Source: the human T2T-CHM13v2.0 reference genome, Homo sapiens. Taken from it: DNA of 64,000 nt. This document shows positions 32,592 to 51,534 of the stretch, one piece after another. The first letter of the stretch is position 1; each line of letters starts with the position of its first letter. The stretch lies in the NCBI RefSeq assembly GCF_009914755.1, contig NC_060933.1; one strand, written 5' to 3'. The translations under genes and the position numbers were made by a program. The notes under the pieces were generated by a model that was given only the letters and a program-made list of their open reading frames with translations, ran no database searches and was not told where the DNA came from.

Positions 32592-35037
32592 TCACACCCT
32601 TTGAAGATTCTTATTCAAATCAATGTTTTCCATGATAGTTGGAAAATGATGATCTTCCAACTTTAGCACCATCTTCACATTTAATGGTTGGCATTTTACT
32701 GTAAGCAGGAGCCCTCTCCTCTCTCCTGTTTCTTATCTACTTATTATTGATCTATTTATTCTTGCACAGACTCATAGATTCCTATTTTTCAATGGTTTAT
32801 TTTCTTTATTTTCTTAATTATGTTGATGCTCAAATTGTCCTAGATTTGGCCAGTGGAAGCCTCTTCAAGTTGATTTCCTTGTCCTTTTGACAGGTCCCCA
32901 TCACTTTTTTGAGCACTGCCTTACTTTCCAGCACAAGGTATTTAATGCTTATTTTGTAAAGGAAAAGTGTGTGATTAGAACAAAAAAAGGGGCCCTCACA
33001 GATCAACAAAGATGGTTGTGCATTGGCAATTATAGGTATAATTAAGTGCAAATTATTTTGAGCATATAACACAGAAAGAAATAACTGCACAGAAAAAAGA
33101 AAGGACCATAATAAAAGACTAAAAGAAACTCTTGGAATTATGAAAAGTTTTTTTCATATTGTTCTTTTTTTCTGTATATTCAAAATTTTATGTAATGAGA
33201 ATGTATTAGTTTTATAATGAGAAAAATTACATAAAAGGTTTTTCCTTTTTAAGAATAATGGAGTGGACGAGCTCTGAGACATTACAACAGGATAAATAAA
33301 TATGTCCAAAACACCAATAAAGATGCCTGAAAACACCTCTTCACGATCATCAGTCACACTATCAAAAACTATCAGTCCTATGGCTGAACCAGGGTTGGAA
33401 AATGTGGGTTTCTATATCTTATTCTATGGTGTACCTCTTGGGTTACTTTGTCTAATCACTTCATCAATTTGGGTCTTAACTTCCTCACCTGAAAAAGAGG
33501 ATAATAACTTCTTGCTATATTAGCAATGTAATGAGACTCAAATGAAACCATGTATATGAAAACTCCTTTAAAATGCTACAAAAGTAAATGGTTTTATAAA
33601 AGAGCTTTTTTAAAAATGGCTGCTTTATTGAAACGTTTTAACAGTTTCTTTTTTAAAAAAGCAGCCAATTTGGAGGACCTACGCATTTGGATGGTGAAGC
33701 CCTTTGGCAGTCTGAGTAAGCCCATTTGGGTTCTGTGTTGCAGCCTGGGCAACTACCTCTCCATGGCTGCATCTTAATTGGGGTCCCCAGAAGAAACCCT
33801 GGAGGAAGATTCATGTGAAAGTGATGTATTAGGAAGTGCTCCCAGAAAAAATGGTAAGGCAGTGGGGCACCGTATCACACAAGGCACTCGGAGGAGAACT
33901 TTGGCTTAATCCCACCAGGGAGCTCTGGTGAGGGTCACACCCGTGAGTCGTCCTGGTCAGGGGCTGGGGGCTAGAGTACTTATGCCTCAGCACCCATCAA
34001 TTACTAGAAAAAGAGTGGGTGGGGGTGGGTAATCTCCCAGGTACTTCCAGCTCTCCTGTGTGCGGACAGAACAGTCGCCAGCAGCCCTGGACTCTATCCT
34101 CTGACAAAGAGATGCAGATGCTGGCCACAGGTAGGCCCCCAATGGTAAAGGAATCTAAATGGATATGCACTGACAATATCAGCTCAAAGAAGGACTAATT
34201 CCTTCCAGGCTGGACGTTCAGAACACGAGAAATGAGAACAAGAGACACATAGGACAGGCCTCTCTGGAGACGGCCCAGAGAGGTTGAGTGACCTATCAGG
34301 GTCACTCAGGTGGCAGAGTCAGGATTCCAGCCCTGGTGTATCTGACTCCAAATCCCATGTGCCCTTTTCTGTGCCCTACTGTCTCACTACATGAGCTAAT
34401 GCCTTATCTATGGAGGACCACCCATAGGAAATCTTTCATGTACCACAAAATCCTACACACCCCATCTGCCCTCAGAAATCCAAAGCCCTCATGGGTGTCC
34501 CCAGGTTGACATTAATGTCCCCTTCCCTATAATCACCCCTGTCCTCTTGAATTTGTCCAGCATCAGGGATCAAGGTGAATTAAATTATGACCTTATGAAC
34601 TCCACAGAGAGACACCTATGTCTCAGATACAGGGTGGCCCATCTCCTGGCTGCAACGGCAGTATTAGTGATTTAAGTTAGATAAACAGGTACCATCCCTA
34701 ACAAAAAACCTTGTGAGCTCATCGGCTTGTTTCTCTTTTATTGTATTTAAAGGCAATTTCCCCACATCCTGCATCTTGAACATGAGCAAACATGTGAAGG
34801 AGCCAGACACACAGAAGCTGAAGCCATGCAGACCTCACATGTAGCCAGGGAGCAATGGTCTTGAGTCCCAGTTTGATGGCTGGTCCTGCCACAGACGAGC
34901 TGAGGGATCTTGTGCAAGACACACAATCTCTTTGGGACTGATCATCCTCATCCATAAAATGGGAAGGCTGTCCCTACCTATCATGTTATGGTGAGGATAA
35001 ACGATATATCAAAAGGGCTTCATAAAATGTCAAGCTC

Positions 35038-35333
<296 letters not shown>

Positions 35334-36614
35334 TGTCAAGTTCAATGCACATGTGAAGGTATTGCTATCCACATTCATTCTACCAGGATGATTTTAATAA
35401 AACCAAATGTGGTCACTTCTCTTTTTTTGGGTAATTGATCCAACATCCTCAGACACTCAGACCCCAGCCAAGAGTTAGGATATAAACCTGCAAGGCCTCT
35501 GGGCAACTGTACAAGATAACATGAACCCATGCACCTTCCTTTTAATGAAGCAACCAGGCTCTGACACTCGGTGAATGTGTTTTCTTCTAAGCAATTCTAA
35601 CAAGCTTAGTTATCGCGTCTAGTTTTTCAGAGTAGAAGTAAACAAAGACTCAAGAAGTTGGCCCACTGACCCCAGCAAAAAGCAATATTTAACAGCCTGA
35701 CAGGAGAAATGCCCAAAAGAGTATAAATGGCAGCTGTATTCATTCAAAAGCATAGTCTGGGGTCAAAATCCTACACATTCCAGGAGCTCCTGTTATTGGT
35801 AATGACTGCAGATGCTGAGAATCAGGCTTTGTGATCTGTGCTGTCGATCTAAGAGGGCAGGGACAGCTAGTAGAAAAATGTCCAATAGCACTAGTAGTTA
35901 AAACAAAAAGCACATAAAACAACAATAAAGTCTATGATTGGCATATATTTTCTGAAATGAAAAATCTCTATGCTGGTGGTGATGACATAAAACTGAAAAC
36001 TACACAATTGTTTCAAAGGAAAGGTAAAGCAAATTTTGATTACATAAAATATGACGTCTTCTGCATCCAATAGTGGAAAATGTGGAAACTATACAGGAAC
36101 ATGGAAACTTGCTTATGATGTGTTCTGCTAGAAGCTGCAAGACACTAAATTGCATGTACAGGCCAAATACAACTGCCCACAGCCATATGCCTATGAAAAA
36201 GATACTAGAAAGGATATCAGGGTGTTTTCCTTCTTTCATCCCCTCCATCCTTTGCATTTACAGATGAGGAAACTGAGACCAATGGGCTGTTCCTGCTGTT
36301 GAGAACCTGTCCCTACAGTTTCCGTGTGGCCCACAGGGGCAGAGTGGAGGAGCTGGTGACCATGCAACAGGAGGATCAGGTCATGAAAGACACCTGGAGC
36401 TGGGGTGGAGACAGCTAGTTCAACACGTGGCTTCAGCACACACCCACTGAGCAAAGGAGCCTACTCAATGCCAGGCCCTGAGGGAGAGAGGCAGACCCGA
36501 CCCAGTGCTCACTATCACGGGGCACATGGGAGGAAGAGACGATCTCTGCCTGAGGTGATCAGAGAGGGCATTAAGCAGGAGTGGCATTTGGATCTCAAAG
36601 CAGGGTGAGGACAT

Positions 36615-37900
<1,286 letters not shown>

Positions 37901-39029
37901 ATTTTTGAGAATCCATTGTAGGAACTCAGATAGGAGAAGACAGGGCAGGAGAAGGTAGAGGAAGATACAGTAGGGATTATAATCCCTACTGTATAGATAC
38001 AGTGTCTTCTATAGCAGAGTGACACTGTAGGAGATGTGGTAGCTGCTATCTCCTGGGGGCCAGCATCCTTACTGCCCTAGATTCCTCTGGCTCTTGTCCT
38101 TGGCCCAAATAGCTTTCAGGAGAAAGGAGGCAACCCTGGGTGGGGCCACTCCCAACCTCCCACTGAGTGAGCCTGGCTACAGACTGTGCTGAGCTGGACC
38201 ATCCCAGGAGAAAATGCTTTGGAGCCACTGGAGAGAGGGGACCCTGTATTTTCAAAGCATCCCTGAGCTGGAGACAAACCTAGCAGGGCCAAAAGATCCC
38301 CTCATGCGATGCCAGCCCTCTCTAGGTCAAAACCCAAGTAGGAGAAGATGAGGCAGAGAGGGAAGGTCTGGGCATGCTGTGCTGATTCCAGGATCCCTGC
38401 ACACCCACCAGGGAACCTGTGCTTCTGCCCTTCAAGAACACACACTGCAGCCCAATTGTGTTGTTACTCTGCCTAATCCTGCCATTATGTTGAATCCTAG
38501 TGAGACAGGAAATCCAAGAAGCTCTCTGCCTTCACTGTACATGCCCATCCTTCCTTTCTTTTTACTGTGGTGTCCTCATTACTTACTGTTCTTATATGTT
38601 TTTAAATCTCCTCAGTGTCTGTAGTCAGGTTTCTCCTTCAACCCCTAGCAGTATTTTTGTACTTGATATTACTTGTCTTATATATTTTTTCCCTTAATTT
38701 TTCCTAAGGCCGGTGATTTTATCAGTTTTTCAAAGAACGCTTTTTGTTTTGTTGATCATCTGTACTAGTTTCTTTTTTTACCTGAGTTAGTTGTTTCTAT
38801 TTTGATATTCCTACTTTCAAGTAGGTTTCTTCCTTCTACTTCCTCTGAGTTTATTTTTTTCTTTCTCTATTTTTAGTATCTTGAATTGAAACTTTAGTTG
38901 GTCCCACTCTTTATTTTTTAAATTTTTCTCTTTTAATAGTGAGGACACTTAAAGCTATGAATTTCCCTCTGAGTATTGCTTTGGCAATATCCCATAGATC
39001 GGATATCCATTCATTCAACAAATTTTTTT

Positions 39030-40800
<1,771 letters not shown>

Positions 40801-43800
40801 GTTATGTATATATTGGGAGTCCTAATTACCTTTTAATTTGGGGATTCTTAGTGTAATTTTTTTCCCTATGCCACTTTAAATCTTATTTGGTTAAAGGTAG
40901 GATATAAAACATCTTAACGTGTGTGACTATGTCAAATAAATCAGGGACTTTAACTCACAGTAGCACCGCCCCCACTTTAGCTTGCCTGACCCCTTAGTGT
41001 TTGGACTTAGAAGAATCCTAGGCCCCAGATCTCTCAGACAGTGGCTCCCAAACTTCTGTCTCAGAATCATCTGGAGGGCTTGTTAAAAATGCACTATCCT
41101 GCCCCTGCCCAAACTTATGGCCTTGGTCTTTCCAGGAGCAGGACCCAGCAATCTGCCTTTTAGAAAGTATCCCCAGGTGATTCTGCCACTCAGCCAGGTA
41201 TGGAAACTTTCCTGATTTCTGTGTTTGCATGGACTATGGACCAACGAGGCAAATTATCACCATCTCAGACAGCCTGATTCCCCCCTACTTCCCCAGTCCC
41301 CTTCTGAGGACAGCAGTTACAATTGGTTCTTCCCCTGACACCACAACCCCTACCCCACCCCCGTCTTCTTCCATGTCTTTGCTCCTAAAAGCCAAAGTAA
41401 AAAAAAAGAAAAGTGGATGGTTGATTGGAACCACCAATAAGTTTGAGTGCATCTGGTCTCTTTCCTCATTGCGCTCGTGGGGAAATTGAGGCAGGGGAAG
41501 GAAGAAATAGCCACAAGGAGTCAGGGTCAGGGAAGAGCCCCACCCTCACTACTTCTACCCTCTACACTAAGAAAAAACGTCCAGCAGAGGGAAGTGCTTT
41601 AGCCTCAAGCCTGCTGAGACTATCAGTGTTCTGAACAAGGCTGCATGTTTTACAGAGAGAATGCGGGCTTGGAATCAAACACACCTGAGGTCAAATCCTA
41701 GCTCCTCTCCTTGTAAGGAAATAATTTGAGGTCTCTGAACCTCAGGCCCCACATCTTGAAAATGGGATTAGGACTGGTGTTAGGATTACAGCTAATACAC
41801 ATGAAGTGTGGGGTGCATGGGATGTGCTGAGTAAATGGCTGTGATTATTATGAAGAAAATCTAGGTCACCCACAAAGTCCTGTTGCATTACCTGGAATAT
41901 TACATAGGCTGGTGGCAGAGGCAGAGGGAGGAGGGAATGTTGACTTCCCGTGTTTTACCTGCTGTCTTTAAGTTCTTCCTTCCTCTGTGATCTGCGAGCC
42001 TTAACTCTAAGTTCACCCAGGACCATCCCACTGGACACACATGGTTGAGCAGCTACTCAGGATTGGGTCCTGTGAGAGACAGTGGGGTTTTGCTCCTGCC
42101 GTTGAGAAGCACCCAACCTGACAGGTAGACGGGCACCTATGTGGACAGCCACACTGTAGGGGGCAAACTGAGAGCCAGGGTGAGGAAGTGGTGTTTACAG
42201 CGGGCCCCAGGAGCCAAGGAGGACATCAGTAGTCAAACTCCGTCCGGGAAAACACACCAGATGCATGCAAGCCTGGCAGTTTACAGATGGGCAAGCAGAC
42301 AGGTAGGGACTGGGGGAAGCTCTCCCAGTGGCCCTGAACCCTGGCTCTCCTGTCTCCCAGTGCTCCATCTTTCTATCTCTTTTGGAGTTTATCTTTTAGG
42401 GAAAGTTGGATTGATATAGTGTCAATAAAGAGGCCAGCAGATATGCAAGAGCTTAGTATGAACTTGTAGGCATAAAGCAAATCAAATATGTTAAGCAAAC
42501 TGAGAGTCATAGAGTTCTTTGTATGCCTATCTGAGCTAATATTTCACAAAGAAGAAAGACGCATCTCCTTCCACAGCAGAGTACATGTGAACTTGTGTTA
42601 ATAAGTGTTGTTTACAGAGTATTTTGGTTTCAAAACGACATCCACATGGAAGTTCAGGGGCAAGAGCAAGAACTCACCTATGACAGCACCTTGGTCTTTT
42701 CAAGGCCAGGCCTTGAGCTTGGAGCGTGGGTCCTGGCAATCAGAAGGCCTGTGTTCTAGGCTATCTGTGCTTGACTTGCTCTGTGATCTGGGCAGTTCCC
42801 TGTCTCTCCCTGGGCCTCAGCATCCCTGTCTGTGAAATGAAAGCTTTAGGCTAATTGTCTCCCAGGGCTCTTTCAGATCCAGAGCTCTCAAATGTTGCCA
42901 TCTTTGTTTTTTGTATACTTGCAGCGGCCCTGGGAGGTTGACATCATCCTTCCCATTTTATAGGTGGAAAGTCAGGACTTTGAGGAAGGAAGAATCAGAA
43001 GTCACCCAAGAGTCAGAGGCTGAGCTAGATCACAACCCAGAGCCCATACCTTTCTAGTATAGCTTCTAGAAAGTCATGCATGTGTATATTTGTGTGTACA
43101 TATGTGCGTGTGTATGAAGATACATGTCTCCATGTGTGCCCCAGAGCTGCCCTGTGCTTATTCCCTGGATGCTGCATGTGTAGACTTGTTATCTGGGCTG
43201 AGCTTATTCCAGGCAGTTCCACCCTGTGGGAGGGGAGAGAAGAGGGGCAAGGTGGAAGCGGCGAGGGAGCTACACCTACATTTTTGTGCTGCCCACTGAT
43301 TTTAGCTGCTGAAACACAGGCTCCTGGCTGCTGTGTACTTAGCTAAGTCTGAGTGACTCCATACATGGGCAGTGGGCCGGAACGCTGCCCGCCAAGCATC
43401 AGAACTGACAACTTCTCTCACAACTGGGATCCAGGTCTGCAGGAGCATTCAAGGCCTTTCTTGCACACAGAAACACACATACACAGGCACATGTGCATGC
43501 ACGCATGATGCACAGAGCAGGTGCCTTTCCCTCTCTGGCCTCAGTTTCCTAATTAGTAAAATGAGAGACTATCTTTGCTTGCCAGAGTATCCTTAGAGTT
43601 CAGAGACATTAAAGTTTGCTTTGCAAACTATAAAGTACTGGGAAGACCTTGCGGAGATAATGCTCATTCAATCTGCCCATATAAATAACAGAGAACGGAA
43701 CTTTTCCCCATTTCTTTAAACCATACAGTTAGCCCCGTGGGCTCCCTCCAAATAGATATTGGATTAACTTACTCTAATACATAGATAATACCCTATTCTA

Positions 43801-46244
43801 TTAATACAAAATTGGTGATTTCAGCCTCAGAAACATGCTATCTGATGTATCCTTTTCCCCACCGAATCTGGAATGGTTTGATTGCCAGAGAATACCCTGA
43901 TTCATGATTCAAAAGGAAGATAATGTAGCGAGATGACTAATAGAATGGACTCTGGAGCTAGAATGCCTGGTTCAAATCCCAGTTCTGCCACTTGCAGTTG
44001 TGTTGCAATGCCTAGGCCCTGTCATTTAATTGCTCTGTACCTTAGGTTCATCATCTGTCATGTGGCATGACTATAGCGCGTCCTCCACTGGGCTGTTGTG
44101 AATGTCTGCACATATAAGACTGCTTGATATAAGTGGTGGTTATTATTTGTCTTCTTGGAAGAAGAGTAGGTGGTGGTGATGATGATGGTGATGTACATAT
44201 TCAATGTGAATCAGTGATTGCCAGTGCCAAGGCTAGACCTGAGCTAGCCCATGGCCTCCTCCAGCCTACACTGGTTTTGGAGGAATGCTCTATTGTTAGA
44301 GGGAAGGGCAGGTACTCTACCCTAACTTCCTGACCACAGCATTTTCCACAGGAGCTCCCACAAGAAGTTTTAATGAGGTAAGCACAAGCTCTCACCAATT
44401 CCAAGCAAAAAGGTGGGGCTCTCTGCACCTCTCTCTACCAGTGCTGGCGTCACCACCACCGTCATCTGTGCCTGGATGCAGAGGTCTTGCGACAGAAGGT
44501 TTGGAACCCTGAGGACTATAAGGACTCAGAAATTTGTTAGGACTAGACAAAATGAATAATTGGGTTCCAATTTCTGTTCTGACCCTGGCAAGCTGAGTGA
44601 CCCTAGGCAAGTCATTTCACCTGTCTGAGCCTTTGAAGATTACAATATTGGTTGTCGTTCTTAAGGCCAGGATTTGATCAGATCAGAAAAGTCTCACTTT
44701 CCAAAGGGGATGTCAATAAAAAGTATTTACTTAGTTGGGTGAAGGTGTGAGGACAGATCCAGCATGGAGACTTTGACTCTAACCCGCTAAGCTGCTAAGA
44801 ACCATCATAAGATCTTGTATTGAAAAATTATTTATGGGAGTAATTTTATGTGCAGTTCATACGCGGTACAAGAAGCCAGTACACAAAAGGTCAAGTCATG
44901 GAAGCTGAGTCTGTTCTGAAGCTGCCCATCCCAGAGAGTGAGAACTGGAGAAGCTTCAGGGCATAGTGTGAATAGCACTGTGGCAAGAGTTAGGGACATG
45001 GGTTTGGTGTTAGGCAGACCTGGGTTTGAATCCCTCTTTGGCCACTTACTAACAGCTGGGTGGCCCTAGGTACATCCCTCAGCCCTCTGTGTCTCAGCTT
45101 CCTTGTCTATAAAATGGCCATATGGTTCATGTGACTGTGTGCAAGATTACATAAAGTGATACAGTGAAAAGCTCCCAGCACATAAGTGAGCTTAATAAAT
45201 GGAAGATGCTGGTCTCATTTAGGACTCTCTTGGTTTGAGTGACGGAAATCAAACTCACACTAGCTTAAGTAAAGTAGTCATTTTGTTGTTTTAAATAACC
45301 AAGAAGGGCAGGGGTGGGGTTGGCCTTAGGGCAGTCGGGGACAGGGACTTAGACATCAGCAAGACTCTCTCTTCTCAGCTTCTCATCTCTAACTGTTGGC
45401 TTCCTTCTGCCCTGCCACAGAGGTTTCCTATGGGGTGAGGACATGACTTCCAAAACCTCTCAGTTCACCATTCCATGACCTATCAGGAGAGGATTCTTTC
45501 CCACCAGCTAAAAAACATCCCGGGAAAAGGACTCTAATTTGCCAGGCTATGTCACATGACCACACTGGACCAATCACAGTAGCCAGGAGGATGGCTCCTC
45601 TGATTGGCTCAGCTTGGGTCATATGCCTCTCCCTGGGCTAAGGGACTTGTTCCCGGCAGGAACAGAGGGTGGGGATGCTGCAGGAATTTCTCCTCAGGAA
45701 GTCTGTATGTGGGTGCGTTAGGAGAACAGTTCTCTGCACTAGGTGCTGAGGGTGGCATGAAGCCCCTTCTTCCAAGAGCTATATTGTCTTAGTGTGGCTT
45801 TGGTACCATGTTTATCCCAAAATGTAGTCTTTGTAGAAACAGCTCGACTTAATACAGCTTAATGCTGACCAAATCCACCATCCTCAGCTGCTGTTTGCAG
45901 AGCTTAGGCAGCGTTCCCAGCAGAGGAAGCCCAGGAACTGTGGCAGTCTCACTGGAGGGCTCCGCGTGGAGCTTTCCCTTCACCAACCCATAGCCCCCGC
46001 CTCAGTAAGACCCTGGCCTCATTTCCTCTGTCGACCCCCTGCAGATCTCAATGAGCCTGGGAGCACGGTAATTAGAAAAAAAAAAAACAACAACAAACAG
46101 TCATAGTGTTAGAAGGGACCTCAGGAACCACCTGGCCCACTTCACAGACGGAGAGACTGAAGCCAAGCAAAGGCAAAGTGCCTGCCTACCCAGGGACACA
46201 TTGCTCCTTTGGAACTATGTCTTCATCAAGCGCCCTCTGACGAA

Positions 46245-46750
<506 letters not shown>

Positions 46751-47109
46751 TTATTTCTGATATATCATTCTACTTCCCCTTGAACCTAAAAATAATTTCT
46801 AGACTAAAGTCCTTTCCTGCTCTAAGGGAGATGGCTCCTTGACCAGGATGGGCAGGAGGTTATGTAGATGACCTCAGTGAGCACAGTCCTAGCTGAAGTG
46901 AATGAGAACTGGTATGTGGTATCGGGGCAGGCAGATGGGAGGAATGGATTTGAGAGAGGTAAGCACATACTCATCGTTGCCTTTTAATAACTCATGATTT
47001 GGTCCTGTTTGTGATAGGCAGGACAGCATTCCACTCCCATTCAACAGATGAAAAAGTTCCATCAAAATTCCTCTGCAGCTTAAAGAAGGCAAGCACTCAG
47101 TGAACCTTA

Positions 47110-47590
47110 CTTGCCTAGTGATTTGTGGAGTTTAGACCCCTTCCCTGGTGTTCCAGCTTCTGGCTCCCTAAACATCTGAGGCAGCCACTTTGTTGCCTCA
47201 TCCACAGGCCCTCAGCACCTGATATGCCACCTGGGGTATCTCCTGCTGGTCATTTCTGGCACAGGCCAGATGTGCTGGGGGAATTAACAGCCCCTCCTTG
47301 GGAGCAGTCCTCAGCCAGTGGCTGACAGGAGTTGGCGGACACACCCTCCAGCTGCCTTGCCCCTGGGAACTCAGGGGCTGTGCATATGGGCCGCACTGGC
47401 TCCCAGAGCCCCCAGCAGGACCCAGCTCCAGTTGCCTACAGGGGAGGCTTGCTTGCTAACACACCATGATTGTTCTTCCCCTCTCCTGCTTTACTTCCAT
47501 GCTCCCTAGCAGCATCCCCTCCCAAACAAACTACTTGCATTTGAATCTTTGTCTTAGAGTCTGCTTCTGGAATAACCCAAACTAAGACTA
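47110..47590 (+). mobile_element. LTR33-like ERVL LTR
   Basis: 3' end cctcccaaacaaactacttgcatttgaatctttgtcttagagtctgcttctggaataacccaaactaagac. Confidence 0.55.
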
Positions 47591-49039
47591 CCACCTTCTA
47601 AAAAAAAAAATGGCAGAGTGGGTGAACCAGCTGGCTACATAATGGCAAATATTGTTTATATGAAGTAAGTCCAAGTTAGGTCTATACCTCCATGCCCTCT
47701 CACCACTTGCCTGCTCCTTTCCTGGCCCCACCCTCACCAGTCTTGCAAGTTTCTTCACCACTCATGAAGGAGGGGAACACCTGTGAGGGTGTCACAAGTC
47801 ATGCTACCAAGAACCAGAACCATACAGGGCTTGACTCCATCCCTGAGCCCCTGGGTGACAGTTTCCCATGGCTCTGACAAGGTGCTAGAAGTGAGCTGGC
47901 ATATGCTCTGCCTTCTCAGACAGGCTACTGGTCTGGTCTGTCCTGGTGTCTGTCAGACATGAGCCCAGCCTTATGTCACCCAGTTCCTGAACTGACGACT
48001 CCCCAGGATGATCTATGTCCCTGATAGCACAACCTCTAGACCACTGGGTCTGAGGACCAGAGTGGTGGAGCCATGGGATGCTGGAGCAGGAAAGTCATGT
48101 AGGGACTGGGAACTTGTTCTAACCCTCCCATTGTTGGGGGGATGCCTTAGACCTGGGAGGACAGGGTCTTGTCCAAGGTCACACAGTGCAACAGGAGTGG
48201 AATGGGGCATGAACTCAGGGTTTTTTCTTTTATTTCCAGTTCAGCATTTTTGCCTCATTAACAGACTGTATGGAAAGAGGAGCAAGGGGGCATGGCAGAA
48301 GAACAAGGGCCCCGGATTTCAGACTTGGCTTGAAACCCACTTTTGCTGTTAGCTGTGTGACCTTAAGCAAGTTACTCAGTTCCATGTGCCTCAGTTTCCA
48401 CGATTGTAAAGTTGAGGTTCTATTAATCATCCAACAGGGTTGTTAGGAGGCTGAGCAGAGATAATTGAGATGGAACACACCTGGTAGTAACAGATGCCCA
48501 ATAAGCACCGGGTGACTCTGAATCTATAAAGGGATCCCTCTTATTTTACAGCCTTCCACCTGGATGACACTCAACAAATTTTAAACAGAAATATCCTCAT
48601 CTTCTTCATAATCACTTCTGGAAAATTTACAGCAGGGTCTAGTGCAGAATTTCCAGATCGTGTGATTCAGAGTTCTGCTTCTGAGAAAAGGTGCCATGTG
48701 AAAAAAGAAGGAGCTACCAAGTAAGTTTGGAAAGGGTTGCATTAACATCGTCCACGTTAACACACTGCAGGACTTCTGAGGGCCTTCGCTTAACTTTTTT
48801 TGTCAGGAGCACTAAATATCTCCTAGTCTTTGGGGATGCTGCAGGGAATAGGTTTGGGAGACAGCTGGTCTACTGGAAAGGCCACCTGACTGAAGCCTTG
48901 ACTCTTTTATGTCTCTCACTTACTCATTGTGTGCAGTTCCTGAACCATTAGAACTTGTTTCCTCACTGGTAAAATGAGAAGGGGGATGATAAGTAAGGGC
49001 GTTTCCGGTTCTGATGCGCTGGATCTTGAAGCTCTTCTC

Positions 49040-49750
49040 CACCACTAGCGCCCTGCTTGTAACCTTAGCACACGCAACTCTGAACAGGAATAGTCCTGGG
49101 AGAAGGGCGGAAGGTTCCAGGAGGGCGCCTGCCTGCCTAGAGTCCCCTTGCCGGTCTCACCCTGGAAAGGTAGGCGGAACTAGAACAGGCGGGCCCCACT
49201 GCCTGCAGCCTGCGAGGAGACGCCAGGGCTGCAAGCCCCCCCGCCCTCCTCCGCCCCTGCCGGGACAGTCAGCCGCTAGGGGATTAGGAACGGGCCCAGC
49301 GCCCATTCAAGCCATTCAGCGAGACAGGAAGCCAAGCGCGCTCCTGCCCGCCCGCCTCTGCCGGGCAGGTCTGCGGGATGACGCGCATTGTGCTGGGGAC
49401 TCGCCCAAAGGGAGGCCCAGCCGTGGGGAAAACCGCGTCCCGCGGGAATCCGACGCCCGGTGACGGGGGCACCTGCAAGGCTTCAGGGCGAATCCCTGAC
49501 TCCCAGCCCGGGGCTGAGTCCTCGTGGGGCCGCCTCCGCGCTGCCCAGTGCTGCCGGTTATCTGCTCACAGCGGGTGGCTCCGGGCCTTCAGGAGCGCGA
49601 CGGGCGCCATCCCTTCCAGTGCCTCCCGGGACAAGGCCAGGGTCATCGGCACACGGAGTTTCAGCCCGAGTGCCGGAGTCTTTCTTCAGGACAATGCAGA
49701 GATCTGCACAAAAGGCAGGCAGGCGGGTGAGGACAAGTTAATCTCTGTGA
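49040..49750. promoter_or_regulatory. Orphan CpG island
   Basis: High CpG and GC in non-Alu sequence; GC boxes (CCGCCC) at ~49240-49258. Confidence 0.75.
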
Positions 49751-49892
49751 GCCTGGAGGCTCTTGAAGGCCTTGGGGGAACGGGCATGTTCATTTTCTCT
49801 GCCTCATTGGAGGCATCGAATCCTTAACCTAGACAAGCTGGATCTGGCTTTGAAGACTACTAGAAGACAGGGATTCCTTGTCGGCTCCCAAA

Positions 49893-50429
<537 letters not shown>

Positions 50430-50524
50430 TCACTGTCTGGGATCCTGCTGGATTTGTGCTTTGGCTACTGCAGAGTGTTGGAACTTCATGCATTTCTAAT
50501 TTGGCCATGTCTGTGTACCACCTG

Positions 50525-50988
50525 TGTGGGATACTTCTCCAGGCGACCTTGGACTCATCCAGTTCTACCCCCTTTCTGCCTTGTAGTTCTCAAGAATAAC
50601 TGTAGAATATGCTGGAAGGGCAACATCCTGAGATAGGGAGTGGCTGGCTGGAACAGCCTGGCTCTGTGCCAGTCCTCCCCAGAACAGAATGTCTTTCAAC
50701 GCTTTAGTCCAGCGAGTCTTGTTTTCCGGGGTATAAAACCCAGGACAGGCTGCTTTCCAGGGTCCTCCGCTGCCGTACAAGTGGGAGACACACAGTCGAG
50801 ATTCCTTTCCCCTGGACAGCTTTCCGGAGCCTTAGGGCTCAGGCCTCAAATGCGTCCTACGCTTCTACAGTCCCTTGCTGCATCTCTGTAAGCAGTGAAC
50901 CCACTTCATGTAACTTGTTGTGTGTGGGCGTTCTATCTCATCCCACTCAGACAAGTTGGTAACCAGTACACAGTGAACCTGATTCACA
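50525..50988 (+). mobile_element. Solo LTR, LTR32-like (ERVL)
   Basis: TGTGGGATACTTCTCC...TTCACA; internal GGTATAAAACCC; 5-bp TSD ACCTG/ACTTG. Confidence 0.75.
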
Positions 50989-51534
50989 ACTTGTAGTATT
51001 ACTGATTCAACGTTTTTCTTATATCAACTTGCTTATTAAATTTTTGCTAAGCTGTATCTGTGAAATAAAATGAGATTTATGTGCTAGTAGTTCCTACTAC
51101 AATAAAAATAATTTTCCAACCATTAAAAATGATTTGTCCCTGATGACCTAAAATCAGATTGAGACTCATCAGTGCTAAGTTAGAGAGATGGGATTATATA
51201 GTCTGTAAGTGCCCTTCAAATCTTGAGAGCTCCTGTATTTTGTGTTTTTACAGAGTATTTTGTTTAATCCCTATTTCAACCCTATAAGGTAGATACTATC
51301 CTTGAGTTTTCAAATGAAAAAAAAAACAAAAACTGAGATTCTACGATATTCAGTAATTTCCCCAAAATCCCACAGCAAATGACAGAGCTAGGATGGGAAC
51401 CCAGGAGTCAGAAATCGGAACTTGTGTTCCTAATCACTTAAGCTATATCACAAATGAGAGAGGTGGATGATTCTATGACTGTAGGGCTCTAAAATGATGT
51501 GAAGGAATGAAATGTCTTCACATAGACAAGAAAT

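Noticed and set aside
33385-33580. Strong-looking minus-strand acceptor near 33490
   Set aside because: Lies within a MIR core, which commonly mimics acceptors.
43648-43867. Possible long fossil exon (IRWGKGYIR*...)
   Set aside because: Four stops in ~73 codons is no better than random, and the donor is weak.
49039-49130. CTCF-like motifs in the CpG island (and at ~18320)
   Set aside because: Core spacing is off by 1-2 bases; only partial matches.
49014-49827. 149-aa plus-strand ORFs in the orphan CpG island
   Set aside because: Low-complexity Arg/Pro/Gly content typical of GC-rich DNA; no domain signature.
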